Source: Squalus acanthias (taxonomy: Eukaryota). Taken from it: a stretch of 64,000 bases of DNA. This document shows positions 49,380-61,800 of the stretch, one piece after another. A program made the position numbers and the translations under genes. The stretch covers positions 133,984,001-134,048,000 of the forward strand of contig CM059431.1 of the NCBI GenBank assembly GCA_030390025.1, given 5' to 3'. Numbering within the stretch: position 1 is the first letter of the stretch; every line of letters starts with the position of its first letter. The notes beneath the pieces are model-generated. The model was not told the DNA's origin. It ran no database searches and saw nothing but the letters and a program-made list of their open reading frames with translations.

Positions 49380-49775
49380 CTTTTATTTTAGCATTGTGGC
49401 CGAGAGAACGCTGTGATGGTCAATAACAGAGGGAAGGTAAGGAGTGGAACTACTGCTGAATGGAGAATTGGGGTTGTGTTCACTGGTACCGGAGTCGGTT
49501 GAGTTGATCACGGACAGCTTGTCCTGCTCTATGTTGCCTCTGCTCATTCTCCCTGTCATGCTGCAGGCCAAGGGGGATACAAACTAGTGCTTCCATGTCT
49601 GGGAGCAAGTGGTTTGAGCACAAGCCTTGTAAGTTAGTACTAAGTCCTTGAACACATGCAACATCACTCCTTGTAGGCAACTTTAAAGAAGTCTAGAAAG
49701 CACCAAACAATTCTACAAAATCAGCAACAGCTAGTAGAAATAATCAGCAACCAACCTGTAAGTAGGTGACGATCC

Positions 49776-50152
49776 ATAAGAACATAAGAAATAGGAGTAG
49801 GAGCAGGCCGTACAGGCCCCTCAAGCCTGCTCCGCCATTCAATAAGATCATGGCTGATCATCGACTTCAACTCTACTTTCACGCTCGATCTCCATATCCC
49901 TTGATTCCCTGAGAGTCCAAAAATCTATCTATCTCAGCCTTGAATATACTCGAAGACTCAGCATCCACAGCTCTCTGGGGCAGACAATTCTAAAGATTCA
50001 CAACCATCTGAGTGAAGAAATTCCTCCTCATCTCGGTCTTAAATGGCCTACCCCTTATCCTGAGACTATGCCCCCTAGTTCTAGACACTCCAGCTAGGGG
50101 AAACAACCTCTCAGCATCTGCCTTCTCAATCCCCTTTAGAATCTTGTATGTT
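49776..50152 (-). mobile_element. CR1 3' end
   Basis: (CATAAGAA)n tail at the left end. The minus strand reads TYKILKG...SRTRGHSL...MRRNFF. Confidence 0.88.
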
Positions 50153-51807
50153 GAAATAGTGGACAACCAAGGGTCTAGCGAGAATGAGGAACTGAAAGAT
50201 ATTAGTATTAGTAAAAAAGTAGTACTGGGGAAATTAATGGGACTGAAAGCTGATAAATCCCCTGGACCTGACTGCCTACATCCTCGGGTTTTGAAAGAGT
50301 TGGCGAAAGAGATAGTGGATGCATTGGTTGTCATTTTCCAAAATTCCATAGATTCTAGAATGGTTCCCGCGGATTGGAAGGTAGCAAATGTAATCCCACT
50401 ATTTAATAAAGGAGGGAGAGAGATAACGGGGAACTACAGACCAGTTAGCCTGACATCAGTAGCAGGGAAAATGCTAGAATCGATTATTAAGGACATGGTA
50501 ACAGGGCAATTAGAAAATAATAATAGGATTGGGCAGAGTCAACACGGATTTATGAAAGGGAAGTCGTGTTTGACAAATCTGTTAGAGTTTTTTGAGGTTG
50601 TAACTAACAGAATAGATAAGGGGGAACCAGTGGATGTGGTGTATTTGGATTTTCAGAAGGCATTCGATAAGGTGCCACACAAGAGGTTATTAAACAAATT
50701 AGGGCTCATGGGATTGGGGGTAATATACAAGCATGGATTGAGGATTGGTTAACGGACAGAAAACAGAGAGTAGGAATAAATGGGTCATTTTCGGGTTGGC
50801 AGGCTGTAACTAGTGGGGTACCGCAAGGATCAGTGCTTGGGCCTCAGCTATTCACAATCTACATCAATGATTTGGATGAGGGAACCAAATGTAATATAGC
50901 CAAGTTTGCTGATGATGCAAAGATGGGTGGGAATGTAAGTTGTGAGGAGGATGCAAGGAGGCTTCAAGGAGATATAGACAGGCTAAGTGAGTGGGCAAGA
51001 ACATGGCAAATGGAATATAATGTGGGGAAATGTGAAGTTTTCCACTTTGGTAGGAAAAATAGAAAAGCAGAGTATTTTTTAAATGGTGAGAGATTGGGAA
51101 ATGTTGGTGTTCAGAGGGACCTGGGTGTCCTTGTACACAAATCACTGAAAGTTAACATGCAGGTACAGCAAGCAATTAGGAAAGCAAATGGTATGTTGTC
51201 CTTTATTACAAGAGGATTTGAGTATAAGAGTCTTACTGCAATTATATAGGGCCCTGGTGAGACCACACCTGGAGTAATGTGTACAGTTTTGATCTCCTTG
51301 CCATAGAGGGAGTGCAACGAAGGTTCACCAGACTGATTCCTGGGATGGGGGATTGTCCTATGAGGACAGATTGAGTAGACTAGGCCTATACTCTCTAGAG
51401 TTTAGAAGAATGAGAGGTGATCTCATTGAAACATACAAAATTCTTACAGGGCTTGACAGTGTAGATGCAGGGAGGATGTTTCCCCCTGGCTGGGGAGTCT
51501 AGAACCAGGGTCACAGTCTCAGAATAAGGGGTCGGCCATTTAGGACCGAGATGAGGAGAAATTTCTTCACTCAGAGGGTGGTGAATCTTTGGAATTCTCT
51601 ACCCCAAAGGGCTGTGGAGGCTCAGTCATTGAGTATATTCAAGTCAGAGAGCGATAGATTTTTTGGATATGAAGGGAATCAAGGGATATGGGGATAGTGC
51701 AGGAAAGTGGAGTTGAGGTAGAAGATCAGCCATGATCTTATTGAATGGCGGAGCAGGCTCAAGGGACCGAATGGACTACTCCTCCTGCTGTTTCTTATGT
51801 TCTTATG
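50153..51807 (+). mobile_element. 5'-truncated CR1 (RT to tail)
   Basis: ORFs 50012-50752 and 50833-51249, TTCTTATG tail. Confidence 0.92.
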
Positions 51808-51809
51808 TC

Positions 51810-52886
51810 ACCAGGCAAAAGACTTAAGGCATTAAACATGCTCAAATTGATCATAAGCAAACAACCTACAGAAGAAAAATATTGGGAATCCTGAATAGAA
51901 CAAACTACAGAATTCAGAGGAGTAATAGCAAAAGTAGACTTGGGCCTATTACATATTCCAATTAAAAGTAATGTCTTGACCCAATTCTAGAAAAAAATTC
52001 AAAGGGATACAGAGGATTTTAAAGAAACTGCAGCAAAACTGAGATCTATAATCAGAACATCTCAAACTACCGTGTAAAAATTAATAAACTTAAGGACATG
52101 GTTAGAGAAGAAGAAAGTGCAGGGAAATTGATTACATATATTATTAGAAATTTTGGAGAACATGGAACAACTGTCTTGTCAGAATGCCTGTCACTTAAAC
52201 AGCAGAGACATTTAGCAAAAGCAATGGCAAATTATAGGGATGAAGAACAGAGGATAGAAAGCTTATGTCAGACGGTCGCTAAGGGAAATGGAGATATAAA
52301 AGACTATGACTACAAGGCAGCCAAAGAAAGGGAAGTAGGAACCAAACCAGAAGTACTAAAACCAACAGACGGTAGAGAACCAATGTATGAACCAAATCCA
52401 CCAACAATGACATTAAACAAGTAAGATTTAACCCCAATGCTAGCCCATTTAGGCCACAAGACATCAAGGGAATTCGGACTGAGACAGAAGAGAATATGGC
52501 TTCCCGAGCCACATAGATATGGTGGAGGTTATTTTCAGAATAACCGAGGTAGAGGGAACTTGGGACCTGGAGCAAGAGATAGGCCAAGATTCTCCTACTC
52601 AGGAGATCGAAGAGATTAATGCTAGGAAGTCAGCAGTCCAAAATCCCTGGAATATAGTGTAAAAATTTTAGGGAAGACATAGGAAGCTCTGGTGGACACT
52701 GGATCTGACTTCACTATGATTTGCAGTAGACACTTCAATGATTTGCAGAATGAAACCCCTTCAATAGGGGAATTCTTGTACATGGAGTGGGAAGTGAAAT
52801 GGGAATAAAATATCACACCAGAATAGAAATAGCAGAATTCAAATTTAAGAGAGATAGACGTCATAGCATTACAATTAAGAGAGAAT
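51810..52886 (+). pseudogene. Endogenous retrovirus remnant: gag C-terminal part and protease N-terminal part
   Basis: A-rich coding-like DNA with a GR-rich segment YGGGYFQNNRGRGNLGPGARDRPR and the protease motif ALVDTGSD near 52685. Confidence 0.65.
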
Positions 52887-53191
52887 GAAGGCTAAATTCG
52901 ATAACGCCAGAAAACAGGCACGGGATCACGAGGCGGGATGAACCCACTCCAGTTCAATGTAATGCATGCAGCACGCCAACTTCGTGCCGCCTGCTCATTT
53001 ACATGATTTGTGCATGCAGCCAACGCTATCTGCGCTTTCGATTGGCTGCATGCTTCAGCAGGGGACCCAAAATCTGGAGAGACTAGAACCAGTTAAAGCC
53101 AGCCTGCACCTCTTAAAAAGGAGGTGCATTGTGCTGGAGCAGATACCGGAAATCATTCTACAACTGATTCTGACCTGGGAAACATTCAATA

Positions 53192-55052
53192 ATGACTCAA
53201 CATGGGAGAAAGTGGGCTCCAAGGTTTTCCAATGCTGCACTGCTGGAGGGGGTGGAAAGGAGGACAGATGTGTTGTCTCCACAAGGGGCCAGGAGACCCT
53301 CCAGACACACATTCAGAAGGCAGTGGAAGCAGATAGCTGTGGCGGTCAATGCCAAGAGTCAAGCCCCCGAGGACCTGAATTCAGTGCAGGAAGCTGTTTA
53401 AAGACCTCACACGAGTGGTCAAGGTCAGTGAATGCATCTTCAAATGCCATATCCTACCAACTGCACCACTAGCCTCAGCCACTACTCAATGCACCACCCA
53501 TCACTAACAATCTACCAACAATCTCTATCAATCAGGACTCGTACCTAACATTCATACCTTCACCTCACCCTCACATTTAGCACTGCTGAAAGCTTCACAC
53601 CCACATCTCACAGCTTGCAAAAACTGCCAGCTATTCAACCATGACAGCAACATCAGCCAAACATATTGCATGACATTCACTGACACACTTCCCTCTCTCA
53701 TGCAGGGCAAGGTGGCGCACAACCGGAGGCAGCAGGAGTTAACCAGCGGGGGACAGGCGCGTCTGAATGTCCTAACCCCAATGGAGGAAACGGTGTTGGT
53801 CATTCTTGGGAGAGATATTGCTGAGCCCGTGGCCAGCGGCATGCCTGAAACCAAAGAAGATGACAGTATCGTCTTACCTAATCCTCCTTCTCACATCCCA
53901 CTTCGCTCTCATCCCACAATCTCTTCTGATTTATAGCTGCAGATGATGTAAGCATGCACCTCTTGCTTTTACCACCCTCACCCCCCCTCCCCCCGCACAT
54001 CCTCCCCTCACCACAACCTTACCCTTGTGCCTTTCTCCTTTTAGATACCCAAGATCTGCAATCTGGACAGGCATCGGTAGAAGAGCAACAAGACATTGAT
54101 GATGAAGACACACCATCACTCGATTTCACACTCACAGCCACCAGCTCAGATACTGAGGTTGGCACAGAGATGGGATCTGCACGTGGTGAGATACCAGGCA
54201 CGAGTGGCCTTGCAGCCTGACATGGGGAAGGATAGCACAGGTGCTAGCTCACCAGAGGGCAAAGTCGCACTAGAGTTCTGCTGCAGAGGATTCAGCAGAG
54301 CACTTCAATGGGGCAGGCTACAGAAGAAGGCTAATGGGGAAACACAATGAAATGCTTGGTGCATTGGGAAGCCTGCCAAAAAGCAATGTCAAGGAGCATG
54401 GCTGAGTCCGGCATCAACTTGGCACAGGGCTTTGCGTAGAGCTTGGAGCACATCCTTTCCAGCATGAAGTGGTGCACAACTCTATTAGCACACTTGTGGT
54501 TCCCACCATGATGCAGCGTCTGATGGCCGATGGCTGTTTCCATTGCAGTACAGGCAGCAGCCACCCAACGTCTGAGTGCTGCAGTAGAAGCTCAGACTGC
54601 TGCCATCATGGCTCTGGATTCCAGTGTTCAAAGGGGCTTGCAGGGTGTCACAGCAGTCCAGCAATCTGTACTCCAGCAGATTACTAGGACCGCTGAGGCG
54701 CCACCCCAGGGGAGTGGCAGTGGCTCCGTGGAGCACGAACCTGCTGTCCTCTCTCAGGATGACAGCATTCATCCTCCCACCACTGCCACTCTGCCAGTGC
54801 CCTTGCTGTTGCCTGTCAGCCAACCAGCCCAAACTGCTGTCGCACATGCTGCAATGGTGCAGTCCGCAGCCGGGCATTCTAGGTCCAGAGCTGCTCGAGG
54901 TCGTCCTCCAAGGTCATCTGCCATCTCCTCCACTGAAAGTCAGCAGCCATCCACCAGCCATGCTGCAGCCACTGGGGTAACACTGTGTAGGAGCACTAGG
55001 CCAGGCAAAGGCACACGGAAGATAGGCACTAAGGGAATGCACAAGGGTGATT
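53192..55052 (+). pseudogene. Three-exon Harbinger Myb/SANT partner gene, decayed
   Basis: Exons 53192-53423 (AAG|GTCAGT), 53706-53865 and 54045-~55052. Contains APRFSNAALLEGV..QWKQIA, acidic and Ala/Gln-rich segments, and RGRPPR. Confidence 0.75.
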
Positions 55053-55068
55053 CGTTTACGTTTATATA

Positions 55069-56708
55069 TTTTTTAATTCGTTTATGGGATGTGGGCATCA
55101 CTGGCAAGGCCAGCATTTATTGCCCATCCCTAATTGCCCTTGAGAAGGTGGTGGTGAGCCGCCTTCTTGAACCGCTGCAGTCCGCGTGGTGAAGGTACTC
55201 CCACAGTGCTGTTAGGGAGGGAGTTCCAGGATTTTGACCCAGCGACGATGAAGGATCGGCGATATACTTCTAAGTCAGGATGGTGTGTGACTTGGAGGGG
55301 AACTTGGAGGTGGTGGTGTTCCCATCCGCCTGCTGCCCTTGTCCTTCTAGGTGGAAGAGGTCATGGGTTTGGGAGGTGCTGCTGAAGAAGCCTTGGCGAG
55401 TTGCTGCAGTGCATCTTGTAGATGGTACACACTGCAGCCACGGTACGCCGGTGGTGGAGGGAGTGAATGTTTAAGGTGGTGGATGGGGTGCCAATCAAAC
55501 GGGCTGCTTTGTCCTGGATGGTGTCGAGCTTCTTGAATGTTGTTGGAGCTGCACTCATCCAGGCAAGTGGAGAGTATTCCATCACACTCCTTACTTGTGC
55601 TTTGTAGATGGTGGAAAGGCTTTGGGGAGTAAGGAGGTGAGACACTCGCCGCAGAATACCCAGCCTCTGACCTGCTCTTGTTGCCACAATATTTATGTGG
55701 CTGGACCTGTTAAGTTTCTGGTCAATGGTGACCCCCAGGATGTTGATGGTGGGGGATTCAGCGATGGTAATGCCGTTGAATGTTAAGGGGCGGTGGTTAG
55801 ACTCTCGCTTGTTGGTGATAGTCATTGCCTGGCACTCTGTGGCGCGAATGTTACCTGCACTTATCAGCCCAAGCCTGAACGTCGTCCAGGTCTTGTTGCA
55901 TGCGGGCATGGACTGCTTCATTATCTGAGGAGTTGTGAATGGCTCTGAACACTGTACAGTCATCAGCGAACATCCCCATTTCTGACCTTATGTAGGAGGG
56001 AAGGTCATTGATGAAGCAGCTGAAGATGGTTGGGCCTTCAACCACCACAACCATCTTCCTTTGTGCTAGGTAGGACTCCAGCTAGTGGAGAGTTTCCCCC
56101 CCACCGATTCCCATTGACTTCAGTTTTACTAGGGCTCCTTGATGCCAGACTCGGTCAAATGCTGCCTTGATGTCCAGGGCAGTCAACTCTCACCTCACCT
56201 CTGGAATTCAGCTCCTTTGTCCATGTTTGGACCAAGGCTGTAATGAGGTCGGGAGCCAAGAGGTCTTGGCGGAACCCAAACTGGGCATCAGTGAGCAGGT
56301 TATTGGTGAGTAAGTGCCGTTTGATAGGACTGTCGATGACACCTTCCATCACTTTGCTGATGATTGAGAGTAGACTGATGGGGCGGTAATTGGCCGGATT
56401 GGATTTGTCCTGGTTTTTGTGAACAGGACATACCTGGGCAGTTTTCCACATTGTCGGATAGATGCCAGTGTTGTAGCTGTACTGGAACAGCTTGGCTAGA
56501 GGCGCGGCTAGTTCTGGAGCACAAGTTTCCAGCACGATAGCCGGGATGTTGTCGGGGCCCATAGCCTTTGCTTTATCCAGTGTGCTCAGCCGTTTCTTGA
56601 TATCACAGGGAGAGAATCGAATTGGCTGAAGACTGGCTTTTGTGATGGTGGGGACCTCAGGAGTGGGCCGATATGGATCATCCACTCAGCACTTCTGGCT
56701 GAAGATGG
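55069..56708 (-). mobile_element. Zenon-like LINE, 5'-truncated, TSD TATATA
   Basis: ORFs 56155-56685 (NYRPISLLS, QFGFR) and 55361-55963. TATATA occurs at 55063-55068 and 56709-56714. Confidence 0.87.
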
Positions 56709-56871
56709 TATATACAATACGGCTTGATTTAATTTATAAGTTTGGTTTGAAATGTTTATTTTGTGGAGGCTTTTAATTTGGTATTGTGGTCAAGCTGACG
56801 CTGTGATGGTCAGAGGGAAGGGAAGGCGTGGGACTGTTCATGAATGGGAATGGAGGTTGCGTTTACTGGTA

Positions 56872-57984
56872 TCACACTCGGATGAGATCTTCACGGATAG
56901 CCCAGCCAGAAATGGGCTGTCTAGATTGCCTCCTCCCTTCCTCTTCCTCCTCAGCTGCTTGCCGTATTGCTGGTGGCAAGGGCTGTGCCCTCATGATAGT
57001 GAGATTGTGCAGCATGCAGCAAACCACCACGAATCTTGACACCCGCTCTGCCGAGTACTGCAGGGCTTCCCCAGAGCGCTCCAGGCAGCGAAAACTTTGT
57101 TTCATAACGCCAACGGTCTGCTCTATCACATTTCCTGTGGCAGCATCTCCTTCATTGTATGCATGCTGCGAATGTGTGCGTCAGTTGTGCACTGGAGTCA
57201 TCAGCCATCTTGTCAGCGGATATCCCTCGTCGCCCGGTAGCCACCCTTTGGTTTGTCTTGGGGCTCAAATGCAGATGGCACAGCTGACTGCCATAGAATG
57301 AAGGCATCATGACTGCTGCCAGGATACTGGGCATTGACCAGCATGATTCACTGCCTATGGCTGCACATCAGCTGGATGTTGAGGAAACGTAATCACTTTT
57401 GGTTCCGGTATATGGCAGAGATGACATGCGGCACCCGCAAAGCGGTGTGCGTGCAGTCAATGGCATCCTGCACCATGGGGAAGCCTGCGATCCTTGTGAA
57501 GCTGCCTGCTCTCTCCACCTGCTCCTCTCTGGCAAGAGAGAATGAAATGTAGTCAGCTATCTTTGAATAGAGAGCCTTACGCAACAGTGGATGGCAAACT
57601 GCGAGGTGGTGCAAATATCTCCAGCTCCTGGAAGGAGCCTGACGCATAAAAGATCATCGTCAAGGTCACCTTGACAGCCACTGGCAATGCAGTACTTGCT
57701 CTGCTCTGAAGTTGCAGTTGTGGCTGCAGCAGGTGGCAGATTTCAGTGAGGATGTCCTTACTGAAGAGCAAACGTCTCACACATTGTTCCTCGCTGAGGT
57801 TCAGGTAGGAGAATTGCTCCCTGAACACCCTGGGCGGATATGGCCCTCTGCTGAGAGCCCTTCTCGCCCTCATCCTCCTCCCTCTTCCAGCAGCTTGTTC
57901 TGCTCTGTGTGCCCTCTGGTCATTCTCCAAGTCATGCTGAATTCCAAGGGGAATTCCTACTAGTGCACCCATGTCTGGCAGCAA
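56872..57984 (-). pseudogene. HARBI1-like DDE transposase, frameshifted
   Basis: RRLLFSKD, ASGSFQ, AGFPMVQDAIDCTH, IEQTVGVMKQSFRCL, CCMLHN. Confidence 0.9.
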
Positions 57985-58098
57985 GTGGTTTGTGCAGAAG
58001 TTTTGAAGTCAGGAAAAAGTTCTTCAGCAATTGCCACATCACTCCCTGTAGACTTTGGCGTCCAAAAGACGGGCGCTACGAATCCGAATTTTGCGCCC

Positions 58099-58845
58099 AA
58101 TAGATTTAGGGTGATTCTCAGCCGTGATATCATCCAATATCTACCTATCCATGTATGTGCCCTTCCAGTGGAATCTGAGAATACTCTTCCTGAGTTAATC
58201 TGACAATTACAAATACCTGAAACTTAAAAAGGAGAACCAGAGAGAGTACTTAGGAGATTTGAGTCGGGATATGCGCAGGACAAAAATGATTGTGGATATA
58301 TACCAGATGAGGAAGGTGACATTTCAAGATAGGCCCACAATGCAGTAAGACAATACCGGATTAATCCTAAAACTAAGGAATCACTAAAATCACTGAATCA
58401 TTTAGAAAATCAAGGAATACTAGAAAACTGCAGATCAAACACTAATTCACCTGTCCTAGTGCTGCCCAAACCAGATGGGAATTGAGAATGGCAATAGATT
58501 ATAGGGAACTTAACAAATGCACTAGACCTCACAAAGCAACGAATACTCATGGGGAAGCTATGATAGAAAATTTACCACAGTGGTGAATGGATTTTGGTCC
58601 ATACCTTTAGCCCTAAAAGATACAGATAAAACTGCGTTTACCTTTGGGGGATGTCAATATAGGTGGACTAGATTGCCTCAAGGATTTAGAAATTCTCTTG
58701 CTGTATTGTCTGAATTTGTACAAAGTACGTTGGAGGATGAGGAGACTGTTTACTCTTACATAGATGATGTGCAGTTTTCACGTGATGAGGTAGAAGAACA
58801 CCTGCCTATACTTTGGAGAGTACTCGCTAAACTTACAGACAAAGA
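58099..58845 (+). pseudogene. ERV protease C-terminus plus reverse transcriptase, foamy/spuma-like
   Basis: VILSRD; QYRINPKTK; NSPVLVLPKPDG; RMAIDYRELNK; NGFWSIPL; QYRWTRLPQGFRNS; YIDD; EEHL. Confidence 0.8.
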
Positions 58846-59119
58846 ACCTGAAATTTTGCACCTTAGCCCCAGCTGTTAAGGAAAAAATGGCATCCGCCTC
58901 GTTTCTGCCCACTTGGGGGGAAAAAAGTGGCGTTTTTTTTAACTTCGTCTGAAGCAGGCGTTAGGCAATTAACATATTCAAATACGGGGCCTAATACCTG
59001 TTTTTGTTCACTCTCGCAAATTTGGGTTGCGTCTGAGGCAGCCAGCACCAGCAATGTTTACTCCTGGGATAACAAACATTATGATAAAAAGGTAAGCAAT
59101 TACCATTACCAACTCCGAC

Positions 59120-61600
59120 CTCACTCCCGACTCCAACCTCCAGGTCCTCTCCAATCTTCCCCCGATGCTGGCCCCAACCTCCACATCCCTCCAATGCTGG
59201 CCCCAACCTTCCCCCAATGCTGGCCTGAGTCCCGATCTTCCCCAAATGCTGGCCCCGAGTTCCGACATCCTCCCGATGCTGGCCCAAGTCCCGATCTCCC
59301 CCAAATGCTGGCCCCGAGTCCCGCTGGCCCCAACCTCACCCTATTGCTGGACCCGAGTCATAGAATCATAGAATGGTTACAGCACAGAAGGAGGCCATTC
59401 GGTCCATCGAGCCCGTGCTAGCTCTCTGCAAGAGCACATCAGCTAGTCCCACTCCCCAGCCTTTCTCCGTAGCCCTGCAAATTTTTTCCTTCAGGTGCTC
59501 ATCTAATTCCCTTTTGAAAGTCACGATTGAGTCTGCCTCTACCACCCTTTCAGGCAGTGCATTCCAGATCCTAACCACTCGCTGCATAAATAAGTTTTTC
59601 CTCATGTTGCCTTTGGTTCCTTTGTCAAACACCTTAAATCTGTGTCCACAGGTTCTCGACCCTTCCACCAATGGGAACAGTTTCTCTCTATCTACTCTGT
59701 CTAGACCCATCATGATTTTGAACACCTCTATCAAATCTCCTCTCAACCTTCTCTGCTCTAAGGAGAACAACCCCAGCTTCTCTAGTCTATCCACATAACT
59801 GCAGTCCCTCATCCCTGGAACCATTCTTGTAAATCTTTTCTGCGCCCTCTCTAAGGCCTTCACATTCTTCCTAAGGTGCGGTGCCCAGAATTGAACACAT
59901 TACTCCAGTTGAGGTCGAACCACTGTTTTATAAAGGTTCATCATAACTTCCTTGCATTTGTACTCTATGCCTCTATTTATGAAGCCCAGGATCCCGTATG
60001 CTTTTTTAATCACTTTCTCAACCTGCCCTGCCACCTTCAACAATTTGTGCACATATGCCCCCAGGTGTCTCTGTTCATGCAACCCCTTTAGAATTGTACC
60101 CTTTAGTTTATATCGCCTCGCCTCGTTTTTCCTACGAAAATGTATCACTTCGCACTTTTCTGCATTAAATTTCATCTGCCACATATCCATGCTGCCATTG
60201 TCCCTTTTATTCCATGGGCTTCAATTTTGCTGGAAAGTCTATTATGTGACACTTTATCAAACGCCTTTTGGAAGTCCATGTACAGTATGTCAACCGTATT
60301 GCCCTCATCAACCCCTCTGTTACTTCATCAAAAAATTCAATCAAGTTAGTTAAACACAATTTCCCTTTAACAAATCCGTGCTGGCTTTCCTTAATGAATC
60401 CACACATGTCCAAGTGACTGTTAATTTTGTTCCTCATTATCGTTTCTAAATGCTTCCCCACTACCGAGGTTAAACTGACTGGCCTGTAGTTGCTGGGTTT
60501 ATCCTTACACCCTTTTTGAACAAGGGTGTAACATTTGCAATTCTCCAGTCCTCTGGCACCACCCATGTCTCAGGAGGATTGGAAGATTATGGCCAGTACC
60601 TCCACGATTTCCACCTTAACTTCCCTCAGCATCCTAGGATGCATCCCATCCGGTCCTGGTGACTTATCTGCTTTAAGTATAAACAGTTTTCTAGTACCTC
60701 CTCTTTATCAATTTTTGTCCCATTCAGTATCTCCGCTACCTCCTCTTTCACTATGACTTGATCAGCATCTTCTTCCTTGGTTTCCTCCTTTCAGCCATGC
60801 CCTCTGACTCCATGCGTAGGTCTCCTTTTTGGTCCCTAATCGGCCCCAACTTTCCTCTTACTACCCGTTTACTATTTATGCCTATAGAAGACTTTTGAAT
60901 TCCCTTTTATGGTAGCTTCCGATGGCCCCAACCTCCCCCCGATGCTGACCCCGAGTCATGCTGGCCCCGACCTCCCCCGATGCCGAACCCGAGCCCCGCT
61001 ATCCCCGAATCCCCTAGACGCTAGCCCCGAGTCCCGATAGCCCCAACCTCCCCTACTGATGCTGGCCCCGAGTCCCGATGGCCCCAACCTCCCCCCCCCC
61101 CATACTGGCCCCGAGTCCCACTGGCCCAAACATCCCCCCCCCCCCCCACAATGCTGGCCCCGAGTCCCACTGGCCCAAACATCCCCCCCCCAATGCTGGC
61201 CCCGAGTACCGATGGCCCCAACCTCCCCCGCCCGATGGCCCTGAGTACCGATGGTCCCAACCTCCCCCCGCCATGCTGGCCCCGAGTCCCACTGGCCCAA
61301 ACATCCCCCCCCCCCCAATGCTGGCCCCGAGTCCCACTGGCCCAAACATTCCCCCCCCAATGCTGGCCCCGAGTCCCACTGGCCCAAACATCCCCCCCCC
61401 AATGCTGGCCCCGAGTCCCACTGGCCCAAACATCCCCCCCCCAATGCTGGCCCCGAGTCCCACTGGCCCAAACATCCCCCCCCCCACAATGTTGGCCCCG
61501 AGTCCCGATGGCCCCAAACATCCCCCCCCCACAATGCTGGCCCCGAGTCCCGATGGCCCCAACCTCCCCCTCCCGATGGCCCTGAGTCCCTACCTACCTC
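59120..61600. repeat. C-rich minisatellite (about 40-bp unit ATGCTGGCCCCGAGTCCCACTGGCCCAAACAT(C)n) split by CR1
   Basis: Degenerate units at 59120-59357 and more homogeneous units at 60920-61600. Confidence 0.9.
59359..60920 (-). mobile_element. 5'-truncated CR1 with internal deletions
   Basis: ORFs 59366-59863, 59900-60190 and 60207-60566 (-), with a (CATAGAAT)n tail. Confidence 0.9.
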
Positions 61601-61712
61601 AGAGTCCTTGCTGGGCGTTCAGCTGTTTAGCGCTGGGCTGAACGTTACAATAATGATAATCAGCAGGCAGCACCAAGCTTCGGTGCTGCCTGCGATCTTT
61701 TAATAGGAAAGA

Positions 61713-61800
61713 AAACATATACCATGATATCAGAAAGAGAAAACAGGAATGCAGAGCGGGATTAATAGAGCACATAAGTTAGCACAGCAGGAAGCCAGGG
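61713..61800 (+). pseudogene. Probable ERV RNase H C-terminal remnant
   Basis: KHIP*YQKEKTGMQSGINRAHKLAQQEA fits the retroviral H-I-P-G-H...G-N-x-x-A-D-x-L-A pattern with substitutions. Confidence 0.45.

Larger units (their letters stand above)
44540..49780 (+). mobile_element. Harbinger deletion derivative: spliced Myb partner gene (+, 44751-47497) and core-deleted transposase (-), hosting a LINE and a solo LTR
   Basis: MAKQARERAPRFSD, acceptors at 44926 and 45210, C-terminus ...KGMHKGD*. Colinear with the 52887-58098 element. Confidence 0.8.
52887..58098. mobile_element. Nearly complete PIF/Harbinger transposon with AAT TSD
   Basis: AAT|GAAGGCTAAATTCG...CCGAATTTTGCGCCC|AAT. The Myb gene (+) and transposase (-) are convergent. 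Confidence 0.88.

Noticed and set aside
60920..61600. CRISPR-like array or collagen/proline-rich genes (several ORFs on both strands)
   Set aside because: The units are contiguous with no unique spacers and there are no cas genes. The ORFs are by-products of a stop-poor GC-rich minisatellite.
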